Shown: positions 42,626 to 57,552, counted from the first letter of the stretch. The stretch: DNA of 64,000 bases from Bugula neritina (GCA_964035545.1 OZ037767.1:16548581-16612580), one strand, 5' to 3'. The notes: generated by a model from the sequence alone, not told the origin. Translations and numbers: made by a program.

Positions 42626-44513
42626 AGTAAATATATCAGAATGACAGGGAAAGCTGCAGGTGCTCTCTTTCACATTCCCACCATATGCAGGTGTCAGATA
42701 AGTTGAGATGTGATTATATAATAGTAACTCAAAAAGCAGACATTAGTATTCAATATAGAACTTATATAGTACTACTTTCTCATATTAAGATTAAATATTT
42801 TTTATGTTTTACAATTTATAATTTATAAAATGATATCTATACCAACTTTCAAGTGTATGGTCAAAATCTTTGATTAATTTTTCAACTGTCATTTAACTTT
42901 TACATTGTATTTATACATATAACATATATGATTGTATTTAATTAAATAGTTATAGCCACAATATTAATTATAAAAAGCCAAAGCAAAAACATGCTCATTG
43001 AACGGAAATATAAATAACACAGTCTACTTCATTCAGTATTATTCAAGTATATGCAATGCATATAGGAAAGTATTTGTATCGGTTTTGTGTTAGTGTCTGG
43101 TTGCAAGATATGCTTTAACTACTAGCCAACTTGGCAACAGGTTTTCAAGTTTATTTACTCTCAAATCGTACCCTAGAAAAATGGGAAAAAATATAAATTG
43201 TATAAGTAAGTAGTAACAATATAAATCAAGTCAGAGAAACACTATAAACATCACAGAACCAAACAAATTGACATGAGCTATTATAATTCTAATAAAACTT
43301 ACAATATTGATGCATAGATAAACTTCTTAGCCATCGCAATGTCAAAACCGATAGTTTATTCTCACAAAGAGTGTAAATATTAGAGTCTAACTGTGTGCTC
43401 GTATAATGTTAAAAATGCTCCCCTCTGGCTGTTTGATTATGACACGCTGACTCATGCAGTACAGTGAATTAGCACTAGCCCTGCCAGCTAATAATAGCTT
43501 TGGTGAAAGCTTTAAAGCCTGAAAGCTTTAATGATTGGCGGCCTGCCATTACATCTGGGTGGCATACCAATACAGTATTGTTGCAGCTTTAAGAGTTGTC
43601 AGACCTTGATTTACCATTTCCAACTCAATTCAACATTTCAATTCAATATAGGACTAAACCTGGTAGTTGTGATTTTACCTTTTTTCATAAGTTTCAAAGA
43701 ATAACACATGATGATTGTATACAGAGAGAAATACAGGGAAAGAGTCTAGAATAATTTACCCATAGTGCTGACAGAAAGAAGAAACATTTAGTTCACTACA
43801 TGTATCTTTATAAAACAAAATAAAGACTGGGTAGAGAGGCAGGCAGGTAACTGTTATATTGAACATGTCAGTAGAATGGAAACATTCTATTCTTTTGGTT
43901 TCAATATAAGTACTATTTTCATTCTATCACGTATGATGAAATGCTTATAATTTATTTAATCACTATGGTATGGCCTACTGCTTGTATGATTATATATTAT
44001 TATGAATTTGTTCCACGTAGTGTTTATGAGCTGATACAATGACCAATTTTCTTTCAGTTTAAATTCAATAATTTAAGCCCGTTTCCCACTGAAATCAATA
44101 AAATATAGTATATAAAGTAATGAGAGTTTATTTAGAAGTTGTGTCACCACGTAAGAAGTTATAACTCAACTATATTCTACATACGATAGAAGAAAGAGTA
44201 GAAGAATGTGAATTATTTCACATAGTAATTACTTTCAACAGTAAAGTTATACACGTATAATGACATGTTTATATACACAATATAACTTATAAACTGCGTA
44301 TAGTATATACTGTGCTTTGTATACATTTGTCCTTTATTTCATAGTTTCATTCTTTCTGACTGTTTCTGCATGTATGATGAGAATACAAAATTTTATAAAA
44401 GAATCATTTTATGATATTTTTTGGCTTTAAAATACATGTTTAATAGATATTTTACAAAAATTCACTGCGCACATGTATAAAATGCTAGAATAATATGAAT
44501 GAAGATCATATTG

Positions 44514-45228
44514 TTACATAATAGCAGTTTGACAAAGAAATAATCTTTCAATGTTACAGTAAACATCATTAAGTCTCCAGACACCTTGGTACCATTTTAG
44601 CTCAACACAGTACTCACTGCTTCCTGGAAAATAATGGTGAGACAATTACTAAACTTTCGAACAAAAGAAATGGAACTTATTTGAAGAGTTGTCTCCCATG
44701 CTTGAAAAGCTGATCCAAAAAATATTCATAACAAACAAGATTCAGATCTGCAGAATCACTTCTATAGATGTCACACATGTCACACAATATGTGATTGATG
44801 GTGTGGCTTATGTAACAAATAGCCTACTATACAGTCCTAACCCGTAGCGTACTACTACAGTGACAGCAGGTTACATGTACTACTACAGTGACAGCAGGTT
44901 ACATGTACTACTACAGTGACAGCACGTTACATGTACTACTACAGTGACAGCATGTTACATGTACTACTACAGTGACAGCACGTTACATGTACTACTACAG
45001 TGACAGCACGTTACATGTACTACTACTACAGTGACAGCATGTTACATGTACTACTACTACAGTGACAGCACGTTACATGTACTACTACATTGGCAGCACG
45101 TTACATGTACTACTACAGTCCTATCACATGAGTCATTTGGTTCACCAGAATGCCAGAGAGAATCAGGAAAGGAGCTGCCATCAATCCACTTTTAAACACC
45201 GGAAGTTTTTGTTCCACCAACCCAAATG
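44514..45228 (-). pseudogene. Orphan last two CTLD exons (B-type, EPN/LND), disabled
   Basis: IWVGGTKTSGV*KWIDGS...GEPND has an in-frame TAA at 45192-45194; last exon 44514-44623 reads YCVELKWYQGVWRLNDVYC; no upstream exons are recognisable. Confidence 0.85.
44848..45118. repeat. 25-28-bp tandem repeat (acagtgacagcacgttacatgtactact)
   Basis: About 10 copies; the homologous intron of B (36355-36450) has about 3. Confidence 0.9.
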
Positions 45229-45556
45229 ATACACATAACTTCTTTGTTAAATGAGTTGTTATGAAAGAATTGGGTCAGCAAAGATATAATTAGTTTGCCA
45301 GGACACTGCTGTTGTAATTATTATAGCAAGTCAGTATCACTCTGACAATAATATTAAATATATTCTATGATATCATTATATTATTTTCATGAATGTGGGG
45401 CATAATTGCTGGAATTGTATTCTAATTATAACAAGAATCATAGGATGGATTTTTATTTGAATAACAATATTAACTACTTTTATTGAAATAAACAACTGAC
45501 TGGAGACATTTGACAAATACTTTCACTTTGAGAAGGGTTGGGTGTAAAACTGAAGC

Positions 45557-48500
45557 ATGGTAAGTTCCCAGTATACTTTATGTTTTACGTGGTGTGTGTG
45601 CGTTAATAATTGTACTTATATACTTATTTTATTGTCAGAAGAAATTCACTGGCACTTATAATTATTGCTAATAATAGACAGCCATAGAGTTCAGTGTAGA
45701 AATATAAAATGATGATAGCATTAGAACAGGGAAAAGAGATAGGACAGCAGCTTCTCGGTGCTATATGTACTTACCGTAATTAAATTGATTCTTTATAAAT
45801 TCAAAACGTTGTGAAATTTATGTATTCACTAATTGCTGGGTATTTAAAGTAGTTAGTAATATAGTATTATAATTAGTAATTAATAATTCTGCTGCTTGTT
45901 TAATTGGTAGAAAATATTCGTTTGCATTTGTGGTTGTAGTCTAATAGTAGATAGCCATAGAGTTCAGTGTAGAAATATAAAAAGATGATAGCATTAGAAC
46001 AGGGGATAGGAGATAGGACAGCAGCTTCTAGGTGCTATATGTACTTACCGTAATTTATTCCTTAGAAGTTCATAGCATTAAAACAAGAATGAATGCACTA
46101 TAACTGCATTAGGACATTGGAGTATTCAATTTGCTTCTTTTAAATTTTAAATTTGTATACTTTATTTTAATATATTGAGTAATTCATATGAACTTTGTTG
46201 AAGGAGAAGGAAAAGCAGAGTTCAAGGACATCAGAGACACACAGAGGTGTTCACGGAATATCTTTGGTATTCTGTATTATAAATCTTCTCCTGTGGGTTT
46301 GCTTACTGCTCTACGGTGTATTTGAAGTATCAAACTTGTACAGAGAAGTTGATAGTCTTACAGCTGCTACTAGAGAGAAACCATCTGCTGCGACCTTGAC
46401 ACAAACTAAACAGGAAGTAAAAGAAGAACTCATAGTGAGGCTCACAGAAGATATAAAAAACATACGAATAGAAAGTGAAAAAGAAAGAAATAATTTAACA
46501 AAAAAAGTTGAAGTGTTGGAAGAAAAGTTGCGTTTAGTTGACAACCAATATGATAACTTTAAGAACTTCTGGAAGGAGATGGTAGAGAAGGTAAAGTTGG
46601 CGTGTTGAATTTACTTACTGGCTCCTGTGGTGTAATGATTAGCGCGTCTGCTTACAAGCGGGAGGTCTTGGTTTTGAATCCCATTTTATAAAGTTTATAA
46701 AGTATATTGTGCATGATATGCAGATAACCATATTTTACTCAATTGAAATCGTCGCCACAGAGTAATCTATTTCGTTGCTTACAGGTGCTGATTTATGAGA
46801 ATAGAGAGAGCAATGAGTGGATAACTCCAGTCAGTACTTCTGCCTCAACTACATCCGAAACAACTAGTACATCTGAACCAACTAGTACATCCGAACCAAC
46901 TAGTACATCCAAACCGACTAGCACGGCAGAGCTGGGTAATGGTGAAACTGAGCTGCATTTAACCAATGAGAGTGTTCGATACACACAAAGTTCAGCCAAT
47001 AGAAACAGCTCTAAGACAGAAAAAAGGGACCCCACTGTTCTACTTCATACTTCATCCAAAAATATGGAAAGTTTTTTGGGCTATGATGGCACAGAGCTGC
47101 CTTTACCTGAGCAAATTGTCGAACTTCTAGGTAAATTATATAATATTTATTATGCTATAACTTACTCTAATATCAAATCAGTATGTTCTTATTGTTTTAT
47201 TTAAGATTTACATATTTTTTTCTGTTCTGTAGCTTGTAGACAAGGACCAAAAGGTGAAAAAGGAATTAATGGAAAAGATGGACATCCAGGTATTGATGGT
47301 GTGACTGGAGAGAAAGGAGAACCCGGCATTATGGGAGAGAAAGGAGTGTCAGGAGAAAAAGGAGAAAGTGGACTCCCTGGTGTTGATGGCAGAATTGGTA
47401 GAAAAGGAGAACCTGGTAATAATGGAGAAGTTGGTGCAAAGGGTGAAAAGGGAATTCCTGGAAATCATGGAGAAAAAGGAGCTCCTGGTAGAAACGGAGC
47501 CGATGGAGAAAAAGGAGTTCAGGGTTTGAAAGGTGATAAAGGTTTGCCTGGAGAGAATGGACTGCCTGGTGTAGATGGCATTGCTGGTGATAAAGGAGAT
47601 CCTGGTATTTCTGGCTCAGCCGGCATTCCAGGATCCAAAGGTGATAGAGGAATGCCTGGAGAAAATGGAAGAAATGGAGCACCTGGTAACACTGGTGCTA
47701 AAGGAGATCCAGGTCAACCTGGAGCTCAAGGAGAGAAGGGAATGAGTGGTCAAAAGGGATTAAAAGGAATACAAGGACAGACTGGAGTAAGAGGAGTGGC
47801 TGGCTTGAAGGGAGATTCTTGTAGAGCTGGTAATCCAGGAGTCAAGGGTGAAAAAGGTAATGAATTTAAATGCTTGTTCGATATTGGTTCTTGTTCAAGC
47901 CACAATTTAGTTTAGTTTAGATGCACATTACATGTAAATTATATCCTATAATACAACTTCAGGGCACTATGCTCAAGTAACTTTTTTATAATCATTTAAA
48001 GGCAACAAAGGTTTGCCTGGAGAGAACGGACTGCCTGGTGTAGATGGCATTGCTGGTGAAAAAGGAGAACCTGGTACTTCTGGCTTAGCCGGCATACCGG
48101 GATCAAAAGGTGATAGAGGAATGTCTGGAGAAAATGGAAGAAATGGAGCACCCGGTAACACTGGTGCTAAAGGAGAGCCAGGTCAACCTGGAGCTCAAGG
48201 AGACAAAGGAATGGTTGGTCAGAAGGGATCAAAAGGAATACAAGGACAGACTGGAGTAAGAGGAGTGACTGGCTTAAAGGGTGATCCTGGTAGAGCTGGT
48301 AGCCCAGGAGTCAAAGGTGAAAAACGTGATAAGCAATTTATCTTCAATATTAGTCATTCTAACTTTAACTTTGTTTAATTAAGTTATACCTACATATTTT
48401 AGATTTTATTACACAATAAGTTACATTAAATAGCAAAATATATCAATTATATTCTCATCAGCATTAACATTACCACTAGCATTAGCATTGGCACTTAAAT

Positions 48501-49366
48501 TATTTTTAAAGAGTCCTTTATCCATATCATTTGTGCAGTATTGAATTGTTCACATACATCTCAGCTATCATCTATAAATATAACTTCAGGACAGTGTGCT
48601 CAAGTTTATATATTATATATTATAATAAACAGACGAGAGGACACTATAAAACTAGTATACTAATGATTCTTTGCTGTTGCAGCACTCAGACTAAGCACTA
48701 GGCTGACCTGAATGTATAGAACACAAGCTATACATGTTGCTGAGAGAAATAAACAAATTAAACCACCTGCTAGTATATATGTAGATATTAGGATGGCTAT
48801 AAGTTCAAGACATGTGTGGGCTAAATATACATTCTAAAACCAATATGCTTGAGCGTACTATCGCAGTTGTATTTAGCTGATAGCCAATAAGATGAGTGGT
48901 AATAACTTGATAATGCATAAGTTTAAGGGTCAAACAAGAACAAATGTTTATAATTTAATACGTAATTGCAAAACATACCTATTCTTTCATACAACTCACC
49001 GACTTTTCTATTGCTGAAGCTTATAGAAAAGTAGCCTTTACTCAGCTGCTTATTCCTGCAGGTGACAGAGGAGTAAGTGGTCCAACTGGTGTTAAAGGAG
49101 CTCAGGGTGCCACTGGAAGAAAGGGAGATAGAGGACTACCAGGTGCAAAAGGTGCTTCTGGAAGTGTTGGAAGACCCGGTTTGAGAGGAACACCTGGAAT
49201 TAATGGCATACCTGGTGCTAAAGGTGCTAAAGGTGCTTCTGGTAGACCCGGTGCTAAAGGTGCCACAGGTGCTCCCGGTGTTAAAGGTGCTAAAGGAGTT
49301 CCTGGAGAGAAAGGAGGCAGATTAGGAAGTGTTGGACCTTGGAGAAGGGGAGGGGGGAGGGGATAA
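45557..49366 (+). CDS. Type II transmembrane collagen receptor, copy C, lacking the lectin domain (~659 aa). Exons: 45557-45559 (ATG), 46204-46590, 46785-47130, 47233-47856, 48002-48316, 49062-49366
   Basis: Alternative TM (GISLVFCIINLLLWVCLLLYGVF); coiled coil; PTSTSE repeats; partially duplicated collagen exon; open frame ending GEKGGRLGSVGPWRRGGGRG*; no CTLD exons before gene D. It could be a young truncated pseudogene. Confidence 0.6.
46620..46682 (+). pseudogene. tRNA-derived fragment (Val-TAC-like pseudo-tRNA or SINE head)
   Basis: ggctcctgTGGTGTAATGATtagcgcgtctgctTACaagcgggaggtcttGGTTTTGAATCCC has an A-box, a degenerate B-box and an anticodon-like arm; the 3' acceptor strand is missing. 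Confidence 0.6.
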
Positions 49367-49608
49367 AGTTATCTCTGCCTTCCCTAAGTGGTTTAATCAT
49401 GTTGTTTTCATGAGAAATTTCAAACTGATATACTTATAGTATTAGTTACATATGATCTGTAATAGACAAGAATGATAATTATAATACCAAATTACACAGA
49501 CATTGTGTGACATAGATATAGGCCTACTTGATTATATACAAAACTAAATTAATTATGTAAATACAACTGATATGTTATAAAAGTCCCCAGCAAACTTAGC
49601 TATATTAT

Positions 49609-49804
<196 letters not shown>

Positions 49805-50392
49805 TTGTGATAATGTGCTTATATTAGTAGGGTGTGACTTTTAGCATTGATTCTACCTAAAATTGCATAGCAGGGCTATCTGTTGCTTTCACAGCTCTAG
49901 CTATTCCACTCAAACATTATTGTGTTAAGGAACTCTATAAGTGATAGGCATATAATTGTACACGAGTCATATACACATCACCTCACATATAATAATATAA
50001 CTATTAATATATAATATATATTATATTGATTGCTTGGCCTTAAGAAATTCAACTGATGAACATTAGCAGATGTATTGTATATAATGTTATTCAGCTATTA
50101 TATCTGTTTATTGTAGCTGTTTATAAATCTACAATGTTTTGACTTGATGTCCTTATAATATAAATAGAAAAAAGTCTTTGTAAACAATGAGTTTAAGCTA
50201 ATAAAAAGTGCCACTCTTCATTATGGTCCTAAAAGCTAATATTATTGGCAGCTGAAGTAACCAATCACCTCTACCAGTTGTTTTGACATCTCCAAAATGT
50301 TTGAAACTCTGCCAAAAAGACGGTAATAAAAAAAGACAGACAGACTATAGTTTATAAAAGCAGAAGACTCAGTTACATTAATTAACAATTAC

Positions 50393-50900
50393 TCTCACTG
50401 TGTGTCACATGCTACTCCTGTCACTGTGTGTCACATGCTACTCCTGTCACTGTATGTCACATGCTACTCATATCACTGTGTGTCACATGCTACTCCTGTC
50501 ACTCTATGTCACATGCTATAACTCGTGTCATATTATAGTATTTAATAGATAGGACAACACAATGCACAGCTCTTCAGTATTCTCAATAAATACTTGTCTT
50601 ATATTTTATAGACTCATATGTTACTTTCAGCTGCTTGTATTTTATTATTTTTTTACATCTGCAAATTAATATAATTCATAAGATATGTTTTCCCTGCATT
50701 ATTTATTATTATTTATAATCTATAAATAGCAGCATAATTATTTACATTTTTGTTAAAAACAAGGATATTTCTGTTATTATATTACAATATAATACCACAG
50801 AATGTGTTGCTAAATGATTGGATCAATAACTTCACATGTGAGAATAACTCTTGCTGTAGTTGAAAACTGTGTATTTACTATTAGGAGTTGTCATCTTTAT
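50393..50900 (+). other. Duplicated fragment of the KNL1-like gene's intronic repeat and 3' UTR/flank
   Basis: 50393-50520 matches the 24828-25003 repeat; ~50540-50700 matches ~25502-25675; ~50840-50900 matches ~25785-25845. Confidence 0.8.
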
Positions 50901-52056
50901 ACAAATACTTTATACTTTATAAAATACTAACTGGCTATATGATATCTTACAGACTAGATCCCAAACCTTAAGATTATGCATGTGTTTGTGTTTGTGTTTT
51001 ATCATAATAATTATAATGTTTTACAACTAGCATAAGTTACAAGAGCAGACAAACAATTAAAAAGGAACCATAGTAACAAATAACAGTATATAAAAAATAA
51101 AGCTGTCGGAAGTGATGATGAGGCCCAGTGCGAAATAGCATGGCTGGTGTTACGCGGGCCTAAAGTTGGCCTTACCATATACAAGGTATCACAGACCACT
51201 CAACAGAGTGGAAGTGGTGCCTCAATTCCGTTACAACCATTGCAATTATATTAAAATTATCTACCATAAACTATTTAGGACTCTTTAATTTTCCTTGTAA
51301 TATATTGTGTAATAGTAGACAGCAATAATGCTTCAGATAATATTATTGTTTCTTATGAACATTGCTGAGTCCCTATCATACACGTGCTCCAACAATACTC
51401 TACCTTTGAGTTCTCTAAACATGGTTTCTTAAAACGTAGAAAGTGGACTTTGGTTTCTCTCACTTGCCAATAGCTACTATATAATATATTACTTGGTATT
51501 ATTGACATAATGATGTGTTTGTGATCAATCTGCAATGTAATCCCTGGGACAAATCTTCCTACAAGGGTATTCCCCTACACTTGGAACTTGGAACTTTGAA
51601 CTTCTTATGATAAGATGTTGACAATGAAAACTGCTCTAGTTGCTGGAATAGACGCAGTGTTTTATCTGTAATTAATATTATTTTTACAGATTTTTGCTTT
51701 GAGCGGTTATGTGAGTGGAGAAAATAAATAAAAGGAGTGGATTGAGTAGAAAGGGTGAAATAGAAATAGATTTAATGTTCTGTTAGTTCAGGTAGCTGTG
51801 TGACCTGATGCTATATTATTAATTGCCTTGAACAAAATATCATAACCTATTATACTGCATCTAGCTAACTGACAGCATGTCTTAAATGTGCTACCCCTTC
51901 TACTCTTTTTACTATTTCCCTTTCGCTCTTCACAGCAGCGAAGTCTTGTTTCTTTTGGCAGTTTCACTCAAATGTCACTGCAGACAACAATATTGCAGCA
52001 TTTTATACAAAGTTAATGATCATTAGATAAGATAAACTCTCAGCATCTCCTTCAAC

Positions 52057-54865
52057 ATGGTGAGTATTGATATTATATTCTGTATTCTATGAAATAGCTT
52101 TGAGAAGAAAACATTTCATGAAAAAAACCAATTAAAGTGCTGTGTGTTTCGTACTAGAAATTTTTTTCTACTTTTTACCAAGTGAAAGCCCATATTATTG
52201 CAAATCTCTAAGAACATAACACACAGAAACTCACAACATGCTGTATTTCTCATACTAAATGTTGACTCTGATATTTATCAGGAAGAGAAGCAGATAAAGA
52301 ATGAGCCAACAACTCCAACATGGAAGGAAGTATTGAAAGGAAGTACTCACTGGATTGTTGTGGTACTCTGTATAATTAATCTCATACTTTGGTTTGTATT
52401 GCTGACGTACACAGCGACTCAGCTCTCCTCTTTGTACAGAGATATTGAGAGCCTCTCAGCTGCTACTAGAGAGAAACCGTCTGTTGCGACCTTGACACAA
52501 ACTAAACAGGAAGTAGAGGAGAAACTGATAGTGAGGCTCACAGAAGAGATAAGAAACATACGTAGAGAAAGTGAAAGAGAAAGAAAGAGTATAGAAGAAG
52601 AAAATAAAGAGTTGAAGGAAAAGTTGTTTTCACTGGAAACACAATATGATAACTTCAAGAGATTCTGGAAGGAGATGGTAGAGAAAGTATGTATTCATTA
52701 GTTTTCTAATTCTAATTCTAATTCACGTAGCTGACATCTTTTTGCTATATAATAAAATAATTTTACTGTAGGTTGTCTCCCATGAGAATAAAAGTGAAGT
52801 GAGAGTAGAGAGACCAGAAGTAACTACAAGCTCTGTGTTTATTATGACCAACACCACGACTGAGAGTGAAAGTACTGACTCAGGGAGTGGAGAATCTCCA
52901 ATTCTTATTGGTCGAGAGGTGCTAGAAGACACCAGTACAAATGCAGTTAACTACTCACTTGTACAACCGACCAATGAAAGTGTTGTTTACAACATTGAAG
53001 ATGCAAGCAACATCACTCAGGGAAACCAACATAGCTATGAACCTAAGATGAAGAAGGCAAGTTTCAGGGGCTTTCATCAGATCCCCTTACCAAATGAAGA
53101 AAGTTACCCCAGCTATGATGACACCAACCTACCTCTACCTGAAGAAATTATTGGACTACTTGGTGAGTATTTTCTAGTCTAAAGTCAGATCTGGTATAAA
53201 AGTTGTGTCACTCAGGTTATGATACTCACAATACATGATTCTGTGTAGCTTGTCGACAAGGACCAAAGGGGGACAGAGGAGATGATGGAACACACGGACT
53301 TCCAGGTATAAATGGTTCAACTGGTTTAAAAGGTGAGCCTGGTGCTTCCGGATTAGTCGGAGCTCAGGGTGAGAAAGGTGAAAAAGGAATGCGGGGAGAT
53401 AATGGTGAAGACGGAGAACCCGGCAACCGTGGAAGACCAGGAGTTTCTGGAGAAAAGGGAGACAAGGGAATATCTGGAGAAAAGGGATCAGTTGGAGTGA
53501 AAGGAGAACCCGGTGTGAGAGGAGCTCGTGGGTTAAAGGGAGATCCTGGTAAAGTTGGTATGCAAGGAGTTCGAGGTGAGAAAGGTTACTGCTATGACTG
53601 TCAGTTATATTTTATGTTGAAGTATGACATCATCAAGTTATACAACTATTTGCCATCATTATATTTATGTCTTGCTTACCAAGTTTTTATTACAATTTAT
53701 GGATATTCCCTTTTGACTGGCTATATTTTTGTTACAGGTAATCAAGGATTGACTGGAGACAAAGGAGATTCTGGCTCACCTGGCTCACCTGGATTACCTG
53801 GATTAGGTGAGATAACATTAGCTTTGCTACATATAGCAGTGTATCTACCTATATATGATTTGTTGTTCTTATACTATGTCTATTGGTAGATGGTAGAAAG
53901 GGAGATAAAGGAGCAATCGGATATCCTGGACTTCCAGGAAAAGATGGTAGAGAAGTTGTGATACCTGATTTGTTTCCGACAGATGTTATATCTACTATAA
54001 TGAATACAACTCTAGAGCTCATGGAGATAGGTAAATATATAATATAATACAACTCTAGAGCTCATGGAGATAGGTGAATATTAATGTAGGTATGTACTTA
54101 TCACACCCTAGCATTATACAAGTTACCGCATTCTATAAAAGTTGGCTGGAAGCCAACATTGGAGTTATCTATTCTATGAGTAAAAATACTCTTGTATCAA
54201 CATTATTATAAATATAGCCTCAGCTTGATATTAGTCTGTTTTCTCTTCTGTGTTGAAGTGGAACAACTTGTCAGCATGTTTTAATAGAATGTCTGCTTTA
54301 TGTTCAGGTGGGTTACGGGGACCTCCCGGATTAGATGGAACACCTGGTGTAGATGGAGCACCTGGTGCAGATGGAGAACCAGGTGTAGATGGAACACCAG
54401 GTGTGGATGGAACACCCGGTCGAGATGGAACACCAGGTACAAACAATTACCTAACGCAGTGATTTTTAATACTTGAAGTAGCTACAAAGATGCAGCAAAA
54501 TTAAACTTTACTCGTCATCAATTATTCAACTCAACAGCATTTGTGTATAACACGTGTTTCGGTTAGTCCTATATTCTAAGTCTGTAGACACTTTACGATG
54601 TGACTTATGATGAGTCTATTGTATTGTAGGAGATGATGCATTGAGCAGTGAACTTGTTGATTTTTTACTAGCATCAACTGGAGGTAAGTTGTATACTGGT
54701 GGTACGTTATAGCTCACACACACACTCACATGCACCAACTTTGCAGACGCACACTACATACACACATACACGCACACACATGCACACACACTCACATACA
54801 CACACACTCACATACACGCAAACGCACACACGCACACTCACACAATCACACACACAGCACACACC

Positions 54866-54897
<32 letters not shown>

Positions 54898-54962
54898 CGT
54901 ACGCACCTACACACACGTACGCACCTACACACACGCACGCACCTACACACACGCACGCACGT

Positions 54963-54994
<32 letters not shown>

Positions 54995-55085
54995 AATCAC
55001 ACACACAGCACACACCCACACGCACACACACACACACATGTACGCACCTACACACACGCACGCACCTACACACACGCACGCACGT

Positions 55086-55117
<32 letters not shown>

Positions 55118-55267
55118 AATCACACACACAGCACACACCCACACGCACACACACACACACATGTACGCACCTACACACACGCACGCACACACACACACAC
55201 GTACACACACACTCACGCACCACACAGCACACACACTCACACACACACTCACACACACACACTTACT

Positions 55268-55298
<31 letters not shown>

Positions 55299-56548
55299 AC
55301 GCACACACGCGCACGCACACACACAGCACACACAGCACACACACTCACACACACACACACACTTACTCACACACACACTCACACACACACTCACACACAC
55401 ACACACACTTACTCACACACACACACACACACTCACACACGCACACACACGCACACGCACACGCACACGCACACGCACACACAAGTATAGAGACATGATC
55501 ATTTTGAATAACTTGAACTGTAAGTTTGACTTTATTGGCAATTGTATACAAATAGTATAAAGTTATTTTATTTATTCAATTTCACAATTGTTTTTAAGGG
55601 GACGTCTTTCGGGTTGGCACAACGTATTATAGTTTACATAAGACTCCTAAGACAGACTGGCAAAATGCCAAAACTTTCTGCACACAGAAAACAGGTGGAA
55701 AACTTGCACAGTTACCAACTTCAAGTACAGAACTTCAAAGTTTGCTGAACAAACTGAGATCTTTTAAAAGTTTGTACAAATCATAGAACTATATATACTT
55801 TCACTGAGTTTAACAACCTACAGTTGAGTCTCACTACTTTAACTATCTGATAAACAGAAGTAAAGCATCTGTTGAAAGTATAAAGGATATGGATATAGCT
55901 GATTTGCCTATAACTCATTTAAAAAGATGAAATGGTTTGGCTTTGTTTTAGGTTTGAAGTTTATTCAATTGAGTTCCTTTCATGATTTTACTACATTGCG
56001 TTGTTATACTGAAAGTTTGTTGTCAATTGCAGGCGATTATGATCGTGTTTGGGTTGGAGGAAGTAGATTTTATGGCACTCTTTATAGATGGAATGATGGT
56101 AGTTCTATCCCTAACTCTCTTTGGAATCCTGGGCAACCAGATAATTGGAGTAAGGTTTTTCTCTGTAAGAAATACAGATTAGACAATCTGAGAGTGAAAG
56201 AAGTTATCTTCACATGTTAATAATTATTACGTAATAATATAATAGTTAATAGTATATAATGGTTATAATTATACTGTACCAGATGAACCTGTCATATTTA
56301 TATTAAATATAGAAAACCATTATAATAGAGCAAAGTATAGTTTGCTATTACTCTGCTAAGAAAGGCCAGTCCATATTTTATGGTCCAATCACTGATGCTC
56401 TTAGTAAACTATTGCCCAATAATAACTGATGTACTTTGTTGTTCTAGATAACCAAGAGAACTGTGTTGAATTGTTGCTCAACTCTGGAAAACTCAATGAT
56501 CGTGGATGTATTGGACAGCTGTCGATTCTCTGCCAGATATCAAGTTAG
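52057..56548 (+). CDS. Type II transmembrane collagen/C-type lectin receptor, copy D (~638 aa; CTLD motifs QPDNW / LND). Exons: 52057-52059, 52282-52686, 52772-53162, 53249-53584, 53738-53806, 53890-54030, 54308-54436, 54630-54683, 55599-55769, 56033-56149, 56448-56548
   Basis: Stalk nearly identical to B; [13 protein letters not shown]...VWVGG...RWNDGS...WNPGQPDNW...ENCVE...LNDRGC...ILCQ; the spliced frame is open. Confidence 0.87.
54714..55482. repeat. Compound (CA)n microsatellite in intron 8 of copy D
   Basis: Seen directly; the homologous intron of B (~37495-37590) has only a short tract. Confidence 0.95.
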
Positions 56549-57552
56549 GAACTGAGTCTACACAACAACCAATCAGAATCTAGCTTCTTTCTGTATGAGA
56601 GACATCAGTGTCCTGTAACATGCGTAGAGTAGAGTGTTACAGCCTAATATCTTATTGTGTTATGATACTATATTGTAGGCCTACTGTAATATTATGTTAT
56701 ACTGTCATATTCTAATATGATTTACTTTATTATATCACGCTGTTATATTATGATATTATTATACTATTTTATACTGCAGTAAGAATTCTATACATATATT
56801 TGACGGATACTGAATGAAGTAGTTCAGTGAGATACATTGGCTTGTGCTTTTATAATCTGCATCATGTAGTAAATAGACCCGCATATCTAGTAAATACTAT
56901 TTAAAACATATTGAACTTGTAGTATTATATTATCTGTAAGTTGCCAAACCAATGAAAAATTTATTACATTAACATGGAAATTATATTTTGTCAACTCTAT
57001 TATACTTTGAAAAAAAAAGCAAATAAAATAACTAAATTATTTGCATTATTATCTTCATCAATGAGAAAGTGGTGCTATATAAGTTCTATATTGAATACTA
57101 ATGTCTGCTTTTTGAGTTACTGTTACATAATCACATCTCAACTTATCTGACACCTGCATATGGTGGGAATGTGAAAGAGAGCACCTGCTTTCCCTGTCAT
57201 TCTGATATATTCCCATTTACTACAATGACTCACCATTATATCAGCCAATCATATAAGTTTATCATAAATTGTTATTAAATTCCCAAAGTACTCTGTCAGT
57301 TTGAGATTTCCAAATATACAACACAGTGTTATTATTATAACACTGAAATGTATGGGTTGTAATTGTAGAATATTTCACCCTGGTCAAGGTTTAACTGTGT
57401 TAGATCTTAATTGTGCTAAGTAAAGGGGTCAGTGTGCTGCATGGAGATGCTTCACTGCTCTTTATTGATGATCTAATAGACCCTGAAACCTAGATAAAGT
57501 ACAATTGATAAATTATATCAACACAGAAACAAAATACAAACAAAAACAATAA

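Noticed and set aside
46620-46682. Functional tRNA-Val gene
   Set aside because: Degenerate T-loop/B-box and no 3' acceptor stem
53389-53403. RGD integrin motif in B/D collagen (MRGDNG)
   Set aside because: RGD arises often by chance in Gly-X-Y sequence and is usually cryptic in a triple helix
54699-55560. His/Thr- and Cys/Val-rich ORFs
   Set aside because: Translations of a (CA)n microsatellite inside an intron of copy D
52057-56548. Assigning the symbol COLEC12 to copy D
   Set aside because: The architecture and QPDNW motif match, but orthology cannot be shown without phylogeny; convergent domain assembly is plausible
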